A stretch of 64,000 nucleotides of DNA from Nymphaea colorata. Taxonomy: Eukaryota. A model generated the notes under the pieces. That model saw only the letters and a list, made by a program, of their open reading frames with translations. It searched no databases and had not been told where the DNA came from. Made by a program: the position numbers and the translations under genes. Where the stretch lies: positions 35,960,001-36,024,000 of the forward strand of contig NC_045138.2 in the NCBI RefSeq assembly GCF_008831285.2, read 5' to 3'. This document shows positions 1 through 11,012 of the stretch, one piece after another (position 1 is the first letter of the stretch; each line of letters opens with the position of its first letter).

Positions 1-1492
1 CGAAAGTCTAATTACAATATGAACGTCTGAAACTTCTGTATTAGATGATCGCTTCTCTTATCTGTAATAGACGACTAGTCTACTTACTTTTTGGGGATGT
101 TCGATCGAGGAATAAAACTGTGGACAGAAGTTGCTTTCAACTTTATTGACAAGCGCCTACTGAAGTCACTCCAATCCTAGTCCAAGACTAATTTCTGGCT
201 GCTAAATGGAGATTTAATATGATCAATCTTTCACAACCACTTCTTTAAAGCAACCTTCTCTTCCATATCCGGGCCATCCGTGCAACTTTGCCTAATACAT
301 ACGCTTACTTTGTGCAAATACAAATCAACATGTCTCCATGGGGTGAAAAGAGGCAAAGGATAAATGTATGCCAATTAATTGCTCATTTCACTAATCTTCC
401 GTGATCCTCTTTCTGCCTCATTAGGGTATAGAAAGAAAGAGAGGCATACTGCACACGCTCATATATCCAGCTTGAAGTTTCTTATTATTTTTAGTCAACT
501 TTGTGTGTGTGTATATATATATGTATAAGGTTAAGAAAGTAAAAAAGAACTAGTAGTTTCAAGGATAAGCCATACATTATTAAGGTTAAGAAAGCTGGTA
601 TAAGCCAAACATAAAGGCAATTTAAGTTTAATTGTGTTAAGGAAAATACCAAAGTGTTGTTGCTCATTCATGGGCATGCCATCTAGAAAACAGTTACTGC
701 AAAGAAAAAAAAACAATTGGTAAAACCTTTTGCCCTTCTTTAATCTGCCTTTAGAAAAATTACGATAGGATTATGATTAAGAAAAAAAAAGAACAACAAA
801 TTTGAAAGGAATTTCTAGCTTTCTTTGTTGATTTTCCGTCGTGTGGATGATGTTCTATGATTACGTGTTAGAATGCTGGACACCAAAAATCAAGTCGTGT
901 TTGTTGAAATTTCTTGGTTCATGAAAAGTGAACCGTGAATGTCATGGCTTAATAGTCATTCGTACGATGGATTTTTCTGCAACTTGGAAGGCCAGCTTAT
1001 GCATATATACTGTTCCCTTAGAGGCCGTTTGACAAGACACGCGTGTCCTGTTTAGTAAATTTTTTCATCAAACATTGGACACAGGACAGACTGGATAGAA
1101 CGGACAGCTGAAAGAAGGTATAAATAATTTTTTTGTTCCGTTCTGTTTCGAGCTAACCCTCAGAACAAACAGGACAGAAATTCATCTCCTCCCCCCTGAC
1201 CCCAACCCCGAGCCCTCGACCTCTGCCCCCATCTCCTTCTCCTCCACCTCCGCCTCCATCTCCCCTGCCTTTCTCCTCTTCCCCCATTTTGTTGTCCCAT
1301 ACCAGAGCAGGATCTCGGCGAGCGCATCGCCTGCAAGAACGTGGCTGCATCGTCCTCCTCCACTCTGTCGTCTTCATCGCAGTCCCAGCCCGACCTTGAT
1401 CCCTTGGAGACGAGGTTCCGATCCGTTCTCCCGACCCTCCTCCGCTCCTCTTTTTAGGGAAGGACAGAGAAATAATCGCCATACTGAAGCTA

Positions 1493-2425
1493 TTGACGAT
1501 AGTTTACAAAATTGATGGCGAGATGTTGCGTAACTCCTATGTTTGTGCTGAACTCATCCACATGTACGGTGGTCTGGGCTGCATAGACTCTGCTCGCCAA
1601 GTATTTGACGAAATGTCTGCAAGAAACGAGGTGGTTTGGTCTTTGATGATCTCCAAATACATCCATAATGGATATGTTGGGGAGGCTATGAGTTTGTTTT
1701 CTCGGATGCGATATGAGGAATTCTCTTTTAATTCATTCGTCATGGTCAGCCTGATTAGATCTTCAGCTCGCCTTATCGATTTGAGTCTTGGTTCTTGCAA
1801 CCATGGTTGCGTTATAAAAAGTGGTTTGGCAGGCGATTCTTTCGTAAGGACCTCTTTGGTGGACATGTATGTGAAATGTGGATGTATTAATGGCTCTCAT
1901 TGAGCTCTTGGGGAAGTTCTTGAACCTAATATAGCTACATGGAATTCCATTATCTCTGGGTTAGTGAATCGTTGCTTGTTTGGTGATGTTGTGCGATTGT
2001 TTAAGGAAGTCCAATTGTTGGATTTGAGGCCTAATTTAGTGACAATGTTGAGTCTGATCTCTGCTTGTGCTGGGCTGGGGTCAGAAAAACTGTGCAGATG
2101 CATTCATAGCTTTACTGTTAAACTCGGAATTGATGCACACCTTAAAGTAGGTGTAATGCACTCTTGGAAATGTATTCGAGCATTGGAGCCATTGATGATG
2201 CATCTAAGCTATTCAACATAATGCAGGTGAAAGATGTGATCAGTTGGACCACAATGATCAACATTTATGGTGGTTGTCCTGTTAATGCTCTGCAGTTCTT
2301 CTGGCAGATGAGAAGTGCAAATGTTAAACCCGACATGGTTTCAATGGTGGCCCTGCTTAGTGCATGTGCAGTGTTAGGTGATCTACAAAAACTTAAGATC
2401 ATCCATAATCAAATTATTCTTTGTG
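1493..2425 (+). pseudogene. PLS-class pentatricopeptide repeat (PPR) gene fragment
   Basis: Consecutive PPR motifs (ARQVFDEMSARNEVVWSLMI, SLVDMYVKCG, KDVISWTTMI, KPDMVSMVALLSACAVLG). In-frame TGA at 1901-1903, frameshift near 2150, no start and no E/DYW C-terminus. Confidence 0.9.
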
Positions 2426-2591
2426 ATATAATAATTGTTCATAATAGTGTATTTTTTATGTTTTTAATTGTTTATAATTTGCAATATATAGTAAATTGCT
2501 ATGAACTCATGCTTGCAATTATTTTTTATTTTACAATTATTTGCAATTAAATAGTGTTTATTCTCATGAAATTTGTGTATTTATTATCAGG

Positions 2592-2930
2592 ATGGACAAA
2601 ATATCCACAGTTATCTTTATTCTTATTATGTGGTTGATGATGGAACGCTTAAAAGCTCAAAGTAGACCTACTAGAAATTTAGTACATACTAATCGACTAG
2701 CTGGAGCCCAATTTGTGCATGACTGTATGCACAGACACCCAAGAAATTGTTTAGATCTATTGAGGGTAGATCAACGAGCGTATGCATTATTATGCAATTT
2801 GCTAAAAAGTAGAGAGTTATTGTCTGATGCAAGAGAAATCACAATTGAAGAACAAGTAGCGATGTTTCTCGTTACTTTGGGACATGATCAACGAAATCGA
2901 CGAACCCAATATGATTTTCATAAAAGCTTT
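2592..2930 (+). pseudogene. N-terminal fragment of a PIF/Harbinger (HARBI1/ALP1-like) transposase
   Basis: Translation GAQFVHDCMHRHPRNCLDLLRVDQRAYALLCNLLKSRELLSDAREITIEEQVAMFLVTLGHDQRNRRTQYDF matches the plant Harbinger transposase N-terminal region (EEQVAMFL..GH..RNR). It follows an AG acceptor at 2589-2590; the DDE domain is absent. Confidence 0.8.
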
Positions 2931-3529
2931 GTCACAACTGTTGTTGTGACATTCTGTTGTATTTGATTAAATGTATGCTTTTTTACTCCTTACAAGAAGA
3001 GTTCATTTGAAATACTTTCAAAACTAAGGTGAATGGTGCACGCTCTTCCAATGTGATGTGAATGCTTCTCCCTTTGTTCACTGGCGTTTTGTATTTGCTT
3101 TCTGATAAAAGGCTTCTAAGTTTTTTGTTTTTTCTTATTTATTGCTGATGAAGTTGTACTTGTAAATAAAATATTCTCTGGAAATAAATACAAAGATATT
3201 GAAATTGAAGGTTTTGTTCAGTACAAACGTCAGACAGAATTAAACATCGGACAGAACTGATAGATCGGACAAGACAAAAACAAACGTCAAACAGGACAGA
3301 CAGAACAGATAGAACAGACACACACGAAACAAACGCCGGACAAAAAGAACATAGTGTTCTGTTCCTAAAATCATCAAACGGTGGACAAGGAACACCATTG
3401 TCCATGAAGACATGACAGTGGTGTAATGGACAGGACGTCCTGTCTGTCTTGTCCCAGTGGACAGCAATCAAACGACCTCCATGGAACACCAGATTTGACT
3501 TTTCAACAAGTGGTGTGTGCTTAAATATG

Positions 3530-3710
3530 CAGTGCCGGGCTGGGGGGCAGGCCATCCGTTTTTGGGATTTTAAAAATTCAAGATTTAGATATTATACTTT
3601 AAAAAAAAAAATTTGCTTGGCCCTTGTGAAAGTTTTGAAAACTATAATGAACCCCTTTCAAAAAAAACAAAATTTGTAGCCCCCCAACAAGAAAATCCCA
3701 GCTCCACCAG
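3530..3710. mobile_element. Degenerate AT-rich MITE-like repeat with GC-rich ends
   Basis: CAGTGCCGGGC...GCTCCACCAG ends flank an AT-rich core (ttttgaaaactataat). Similar sequence occurs at ~16270-16448 and ~24385-24572 (ending GCTCCACCCCTG). Confidence 0.4.
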
Positions 3711-3928
3711 ACTTCAATTCCAATATATATCTTGAAGTTATTAAATTAACAAGGCCAATTCTGATGAAGTGGACTCTATGCAGAAATAAATGTTCAGCCT
3801 TTTACAATAGATCTAGATACTCATTTTTTGCTTCTTCAAGCTCTAAGATATGCACAATGTATAACTGAAAGTGAATCTTTTGAAGGTTTGGCATTCTGCT
3901 GCTTAATATAAACTTAATCGAACTTTGA

Positions 3929-4031
<103 letters not shown>

Positions 4032-4326
4032 CCTGTAGTTCATTTTTTCATAAGATGAGGAAGAGAGTGAAAGGAAGAGATAGTTAATCCCACTAGAACA
4101 TAAACAGCAGTGCCCACAGAAATCGAATCATTTTCCTAGTACCGATACGCCATCCAAAACATTATTACAAAAGGGATGGAGGTGCCAATGTCAGTTTCCA
4201 CATCAAGCGGTGTCCATGAAGTCTTTACCCTCCTCATGGTGAGCATTGCCATCTCCATGTAGGAAGAAACGATGGGCCGTCCTCACCAATTCAAGGCAAA
4301 TGTCTAGCACAGCAGGATGAGGGCAT

Positions 4327-4997
4327 TGTTATAGTCGTATCCCCAAATAAGAATGCTTCAACAATAATAAAAGATGGCAAACCACCACAAAACTACTAAA
4401 AACGGAATCACAGGGCAGTGAGCATAAGATCGAATTTTCAACACCAATATTGCAGCAATATATGTCAAGATATATGCTAAACAATGCAGAAAATAAGAGA
4501 CACCAATTTACGCGGAAAAACCCCAATAATGGGGTAAAAAACCACGAGCAAGAGAGATATATATTTATACTTCAAAGAGGCAATACAACTACGTTGTTCT
4601 TCTTGCAGAGAATAGCATAAATCATTCTCAAGAATGAATGCATAAGAAAACAACAAGAAAAGAAATCACATATGTTCTTCTTTTCTCTCTTGTTTTCTTC
4701 ACTTTCCCTCTCTACACTTCAACCCACACGGCTGCCCAAACCCACAACCATGCTCTTCTTCCTCTTTCCTTCTTGCCTTCCTTCTCCCCTTCTCTTCTTT
4801 GCTTTCTTCTTCCCCTTCTCCTAGCTTGGTGTGAGCCACGACGGAAGCCTCTCTTCCTTTTTTTCAAAAGAGCCAAAAAAGAGAGAGAGAGGGTCGTCGT
4901 GAGAGCTGGGGCACCATCGTGGGTGCCCTCTCCTTTCTCCCGCCCGTCACTTAACTAACGGGTCGGGTCGGGTCTTGAGGCTGGACCGAACCCAACA
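4327..4997 (-). repeat. 3' LTR of Copia element 1
   Basis: Direct repeat of 9007-9679, adjacent to the polypurine tract. Confidence 0.96.
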
Positions 4998-7900
4998 AAC
5001 TCCCCCTCCAGCATCAAGAGATGGATCATACCTGCAAAATGAACAAAATGAATACACTGCCTTAAAAGCAGTCATCCCAACTAAGTCTCTACACATATTA
5101 TGTTTCTCCTTATGTAGAGACTTCGTCATCATATCTGCAGGATTCTTCTCTGTCTCTATCTTCTCTAACTGAATCAGTTTTTACTCAAACACATCACGAA
5201 TCCAAAGATATCTGACATCAATGTGCTTGGTCCTTGAGTGGAACGCTGAATTCTTCGTCAAATGTATAGCGCTTTGGCTATCACAATGCAACACATAGGT
5301 CTTCTGACCAAGGCCTATATCATGAAAAAAACTCTTCATCCACAACAACTCTTTACAAGCTTCAGTTGCTGCAATATATTCTGCCTCTGTGGTGGAAAGA
5401 GCAACACACTTATGCAACCTGGACTGCCATGATACAACTCCCCTTGCAAAAGTAAAAACATAACCAGAAAGAGACTTTCTAGAGTTCAAGTCACCTATCT
5501 CTGTATTAGATTCACCAAAACATAAACAGTAATTCAAAGTATGTTTAAGATACCTTATGATCCACTCCACTGCTGCCCAATGCTCCTTGCTTGGATTTGA
5601 CAAGAACCTGTTGACTACACCAATTGCATAAGCCATGTCTGGGCATGTGCAAACCATAGCATACATAAGACTCCCTACTGTGGAGGCATAGGGTACATTC
5701 TCCATTCTTTCTTTCTCATCTGCTGAGGATGGACATTGCTCATTTCCCAATTTAAAATGTGCTAATAAAGGTGTACTAACTGTTTTGGCATCTTTCATGT
5801 TGAACTTACTAAGCACATTCTCAATGTATTTCTCTTGATAACCACAACTTTTTGGTCTTCCTATCATGAACAATCCGCATGCCTAACAATTGTTGTGTTG
5901 GCCCCAAGTCTTTCATATCAAAGAATTTGTCCATATCCTTATTCAATTGACTAATCAATTGACAATCATGTCCAACAATAAGCATGTCATCTACATATAA
6001 CAACAAGATAATGAAGCTACCTGATGAGAACTCTCTGATGTAGACACAATGATCTACGGCTGACCTGCGATACTTTTGATTTATCATAAATGCATCAAAT
6101 TTCTTGTACCATTGTTTAGGTGCTTGTTTAAGTCCATACAAGCTCTTCTTCAACTTACAAACCATGTATTTCTTCCTGACAACCACAAAACCTTCTGGCT
6201 GTGTCATCTAGATTTCTTCCTCTAGATCTCCATGAAGAAAAGCAGTTTTTACATCTAACTGCTCCAACTCCAAGTCTAGAGATGCCATCAAACCAAATAT
6301 TACCCTTATAGATGACATTTTAACCATAGGAAAAAAAAAATTCATCAAAATCAATACATCTTTCCTACTTGAAACCTTTCACCATTAACCGAACTTTGTA
6401 TCTCAACTTGCCTTGATCTTCATTTTTAAGCTTGTAGACCCATTTGTTCTGCAACACTTTCTTACCTTTTTGTAGCTTTACCAAATCAAAAGTGTGATTC
6501 TTATACAAAGAATTAATCTCTTCCCACATAGCTTTAATCCATTCATCTTTATGCATATCATCTAGCACCTCTACATAGCATTCTAGCTCTCCACTATCTG
6601 TAAACATAATATATTCATCAGTAGAATATTTAGTAGATGGTATACATGTTCTTTTACCTCTTCCCAATTGCTCCTCAATTGGTTCTGAATGAGAAGGAAG
6701 CTCCCCCTGCAACTCATGTTCATGATTAGTTTGAGTTTCATAGGGCTGCCATCTGTATACTGCTCATCTGCCTCTCTTTCCTCTTCCTCTATATCTTCAT
6801 TAGTCTCACCATGCTCAGATGAAAGTTCTTCAGGTTCTGCATAGGTGGGCTCATGAACACCACTAGCATTCACACACGACTTCGTGTCTCCCATGACATC
6901 TTCAATAGTCTGATCCTCTCTGAAGACAATATCATGACTCCTGTAGATTTTGTTATTCTTTGGATCCCATAACCTGTAACCAAATTCATCATCTGCATAA
7001 CCAAGAAATATCAGAGGAATAGCTTTATCATCTAGTTTGGTCCTATGTTCTTTAGGTACATACATAAATGCTTTGCAACCAAAAACTTTGAGGTGATCAT
7101 ACTTAACATCTTCATCTAACCAAATTTTCTGTGGAATGTTTCCATCTAGAGGCACTGAAGGAGAACTGTTTATTAAATAAACTACAGTACGCATTGCCTC
7201 TGCCCAAAAATAATTAGGCAACTTAGAGTTAAATAACAAACTTCTAACTCTCTCAATTATAGTTCTATTCATCCTTTCTGCAATTCCATTATGCTGTGGA
7301 GTATAGGGAACTGTCTTTTCATGTCTAATACCATGCTTTAAACAATACTCTCGTAAAGAATATGCTATTTACTCACCACCATTATCTGCACGCAGTCTCT
7401 TTATCTTCTTACCAGTCTCGCGCTCAACCGATGCATGAAAAGTCATGAAGATACTACTTACTTCACTTTTGCTTTTCATTGTAAAGACTCACACCTTCCT
7501 AGATGCATCATCAATAAATGTAACAAAATAGCATGCTCCACCTTTAGATGTCACATTTATAGGTCCACATACATCTGAATAAACTAAATCTAATACATGT
7601 TTAGTTTTTGAAAAGCGCTTTTTCTGAAAGGAAACTCGATGCAACTTACTTACCAACCAAACAATGATCACATGGAGATATCTCTGTACCATCTGCCTTT
7701 GGCAACAAATTCTTCTTGGTGAACAAGTCGATTCCTCTTTGACTCATGTGACCTAACCTCTTATGCCACAAATCTGACGAAGTTCCACCAGTAACTGCAT
7801 TGAGATCCACACTACTGATTCGAGACTTCATCCCATACAAAGAGCCAAATCTGTCACCTCTAGCCAACACTAGTGCTCCCTTTGTCAGTTTTCAACCTGT

Positions 7901-9006
7901 CTAACTAAACGAAGTACAATATTCATCATCACTTAGTTTTCCTGCAGAAATCAGATTCATCATAAGATCTGGAACATGTCTTACATCTCTCAAAGTTAAC
8001 TTGCATCTTGTGCTCGTCTGAATGCAAACATCTTTTATCCCAACAATCTTTGAAGTGTCACTGTTGCTCGTGTGAACTACTCCAAAATCATCTACTCTAT
8101 AGGATAAGAATAACTCTCTACATGGTGTGGCATGATATGATGCTCCAGTATCTAAAATTCATGTAGAATCACCATTCTGAACTATAAGACAATCATTTTC
8201 TTCAGACAAAAATAATACTACCTCATCATCTGAAGCAACTACAGTGTACTCTTTTGGCTTCACATTCTCTTGACTCTTCTTTTTTTGTTCTTTTTCTTCT
8301 TTTCATTTTCTGCAATCAATCTTCTTCTGCCCTAGAATACCACAGTGAAAGCATTTACATGTCATATTGTGGTAGCATTTACCACAATAATACTACCTCC
8401 TTGTTTCTTCATTTAAAATGTTGCTCGTTACATGTTTCATCGTAAGCACACTATCTGGAGCGGAGTTGCTCAAAGAAACAACTAAAGTCTCCCAACTGTC
8501 GGAAAGAGAACTATGCAACAAGAGTGTTTGTAACTCATCATCTAATATCATTTTCATGGCTGACAACTGATTGACTATGCTTTGCACTTCATTCAAATGC
8601 TTTTACACTGGTTTTCCCTCTCTAAGTTTTAGATTTACCAATTGCCTAATAAAGAAAGCCGTGTTCCCAGTTGTTTTCCTTTCTTAAAGATCATGCAACA
8701 TCTGCCATAATGACTTTGCACTTGTCTCTGCGGATACCAAATGAAAAACATAATCATCTAACTATTGTCTGATGGTGCCAATGGTTTTCCTATCCAATAA
8801 CTTTCATTTTTCATCTGTCATATTCGCTGGCTTCTGGTTCTCAGTTGGTGCATACAGGTGTTTACAATATAGCAAATCTTCCATTTTGGCTTTCCATATT
8901 GTCCAATTGTTCCCATTTAGAGAAACCATCCTAGTAGGGGTCGACTTCATCTTTTAATAAGAATGCACACAACCAACCTGACGCTAACCTGTCTCAGATA
9001 CCACTT

Positions 9007-9679
9007 TGTTATAGTTGTATCCCCCAATAAGAATGATTCAACAACAATAAAAGAGGACAAACCACCACAAAACTGCTAAAAACGGAATCACAGGGCAGCG
9101 AACATAAGATCGAATATTTCAACACCAATATTGCAGCAATATATGTCAAGATATATGCTAAACAATGCAGAAAATAAGAGACACCAATTTACGTGGAAAA
9201 ACCCCTAATAATGGGGTAAAAAACCACGGGCAAGAGAGATATATATTTGTACTTCAAAAAGGCAATACAACTACGTTGTTCTTCTTCCAGAGAATAGCAT
9301 AAATCATTCTCAAGAATGAATGCACAAGAAAACAACAAGAAAAGAAATCACCTATGTTCTTCTTTTCTTTCCCTTGTTTTCTTCACTTTCTCTCTCTACA
9401 CTTGAACCCACACGGCGGCCCAAACCCACAACCGTGCTCTTCTTCCTCTTTCCTTCTTGTCTTCCTTCTCCCCTTCTCTTCTTTGCTTTCTTCTTCCCCT
9501 TCTCCTTGCTTGGTGTGAGCCACAAAGGAAGCCTCTTCCTTTTCTTCAAAGGAGCCAAAAAAGAAAGAGAGAGGGTCGTCGTGAGAGCTAGGGCACCATC
9601 GTGGGTGCCCTCTCCTTTCTCCCGCCCGTCACTTAAGTGACGGGTCGGGTCAAGTCTTGAGGCTGGACCCGACCCAACA
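9007..9679 (-). repeat. 5' LTR of Copia element 1
   Basis: Direct repeat of 4327-4997, adjacent to the PBS. Confidence 0.96.
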
Positions 9680-10465
9680 GACATTTGGTAGCTGCCAACC
9701 GGCGGTACTCTTTGTTCATTTTTTTCCACCCATCTCTAATCAGACCCTCCTCTCTTCATCTCCTCCTTCATCAAATTGAACATACATATATAATGGAACC
9801 ATTATATGTAACTCTGTTATACATTTCTGATACATAATTGGTAAATTAAGATGCTAATTAAGGTCAACTCTAAAGTTCCAAGATCATCAAGTAGACGCGA
9901 AAGCATGGCCGACGTCTTTATGAGACTCAAGTTCTTGTCTGTGTTCAGATATGTGGCTTTGCCCTCTATATTTTGCTGCACAAGGAAATAAACATGGAAG
10001 AAGCCCAGATGACAACCTATGGATATCCACGCGTTGTCCAAGTATTCTTGCAGCTTTGGCGTATGCCCACTGCAAAACCATTCTGCTTCCACGAAAAGCA
10101 CTTTGCAAAAATCAGTCCACTGAAAGATTAGACGTTCGATCGAGGATTGAAGATCAATTTTATGCAGTAGTACGAGTGACGTGATCCATCAATCAAAGTG
10201 CATGAAATTAACCAAGAAGTCATGCAAAATCAATGCAAAAATCAGGAAATAACTACACTGTATAATTCTGAATAGAGTACTTACCGCTCCGGTCAAGTAA
10301 GGTAAGAAGTTTAAACCTTTCTCCGACTTGAAATCTTGTCAAATTCGTCGGTTGTATGTTAGAGAGCGAGAAAGCATATCCTCATGTACTCTGGAAGCTC
10401 TCTCTGAGCATATCCAATATCCCATCTGCAAAATGGACGCATTAATTAGCCATATTAGCAAGGAG

Positions 10466-11012
10466 TGTTCGAAAACGTGTAATGCGGGCCCTATATATAA
10501 CTCAAATCCGAACTCAAATTTATGCGAAAAAAATCCAGCATAGTCTCGACGTCCAAAATGATACTCAATAATAACTTTGGCAGAGTATACTTAATAACAA
10601 CTTAATAACAACACCAACAAAATTCACAAAATGAACTTGCTATTTTTAATAATAAAATATTACATGAACACCAAGAGTCTAAGAAAGACTCACTCACTAG
10701 CTCACGTAATGAGCTACCCCACTTACACACCTTGCTGTACTCGTACCACCCAAGCAGCTCACGAAGTGAGCATACCCACTCAAGACACACTTTCTTTTTA
10801 CACACACTCAACTCACAATCTTTTACACACATCACTTACATACCCATCATCCCTATTTATAGGGAGAGGAAGTCGGTGGTGGATGCTTCCACCGACTTCC
10901 ACATTTTTTTTCTTTATTATTTTTGTTAATCATGACATCCACCGCCCTTGCAAAAGAAAGAGGCTACGAGCCTCTTGAGTCATCTCGACTCTTCCAAGAG
11001 AGACTCTCTACA
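10466..11012 (-). repeat. 3' LTR of Copia element 2
   Basis: Direct repeat of 13930-14516, adjacent to the PPT. Confidence 0.95.

Larger units (their letters stand above)
1021..3479 (+). mobile_element. Non-autonomous PIF/Harbinger-like DNA transposon carrying a captured PPR fragment (Pack-type)
   Basis: 12-bp terminal inverted repeats GAGGCCGTTTGA (1021-1032) and TCAAACGACCTC (3468-3479, 1 mismatch). TTA lies immediately left (1018-1020); the right TSD is not preserved. GGACA/GACAG-rich subterminal repeats occur at both ends (~1075-1180, ~3230-3465). A Harbinger transposase fragment lies inside. Confidence 0.75.
4327..9679 (-). mobile_element. Full-length degenerate Ty1/Copia LTR retrotransposon (Tnt1/Tork-like)
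   Basis: LTRs 4327-4997 and 9007-9679 (TG...CA), TSD GGCAT/GACAT, PBS TGGTATCTGAGAC (8991-9003, tRNA-iMet type), PPT 4998-5010. Broken gag-PR-INT-RT-RH frames run from ATG 8950 to ~5060 (YVDDML, LYGLKQAP, TEAEYIA, RTKHIDVRY). Confidence 0.97.

Noticed and set aside
1153..1482. Gly/Arg-rich minus-strand ORFs
   Set aside because: By-product of the GC/CT-rich leader of the transposon; no homology recognised.
4638..4958. 106-aa ORF duplicated at 9320-9640
   Set aside because: Lies within the LTRs in low-complexity CT-rich sequence; the duplication is explained by the LTR pair.
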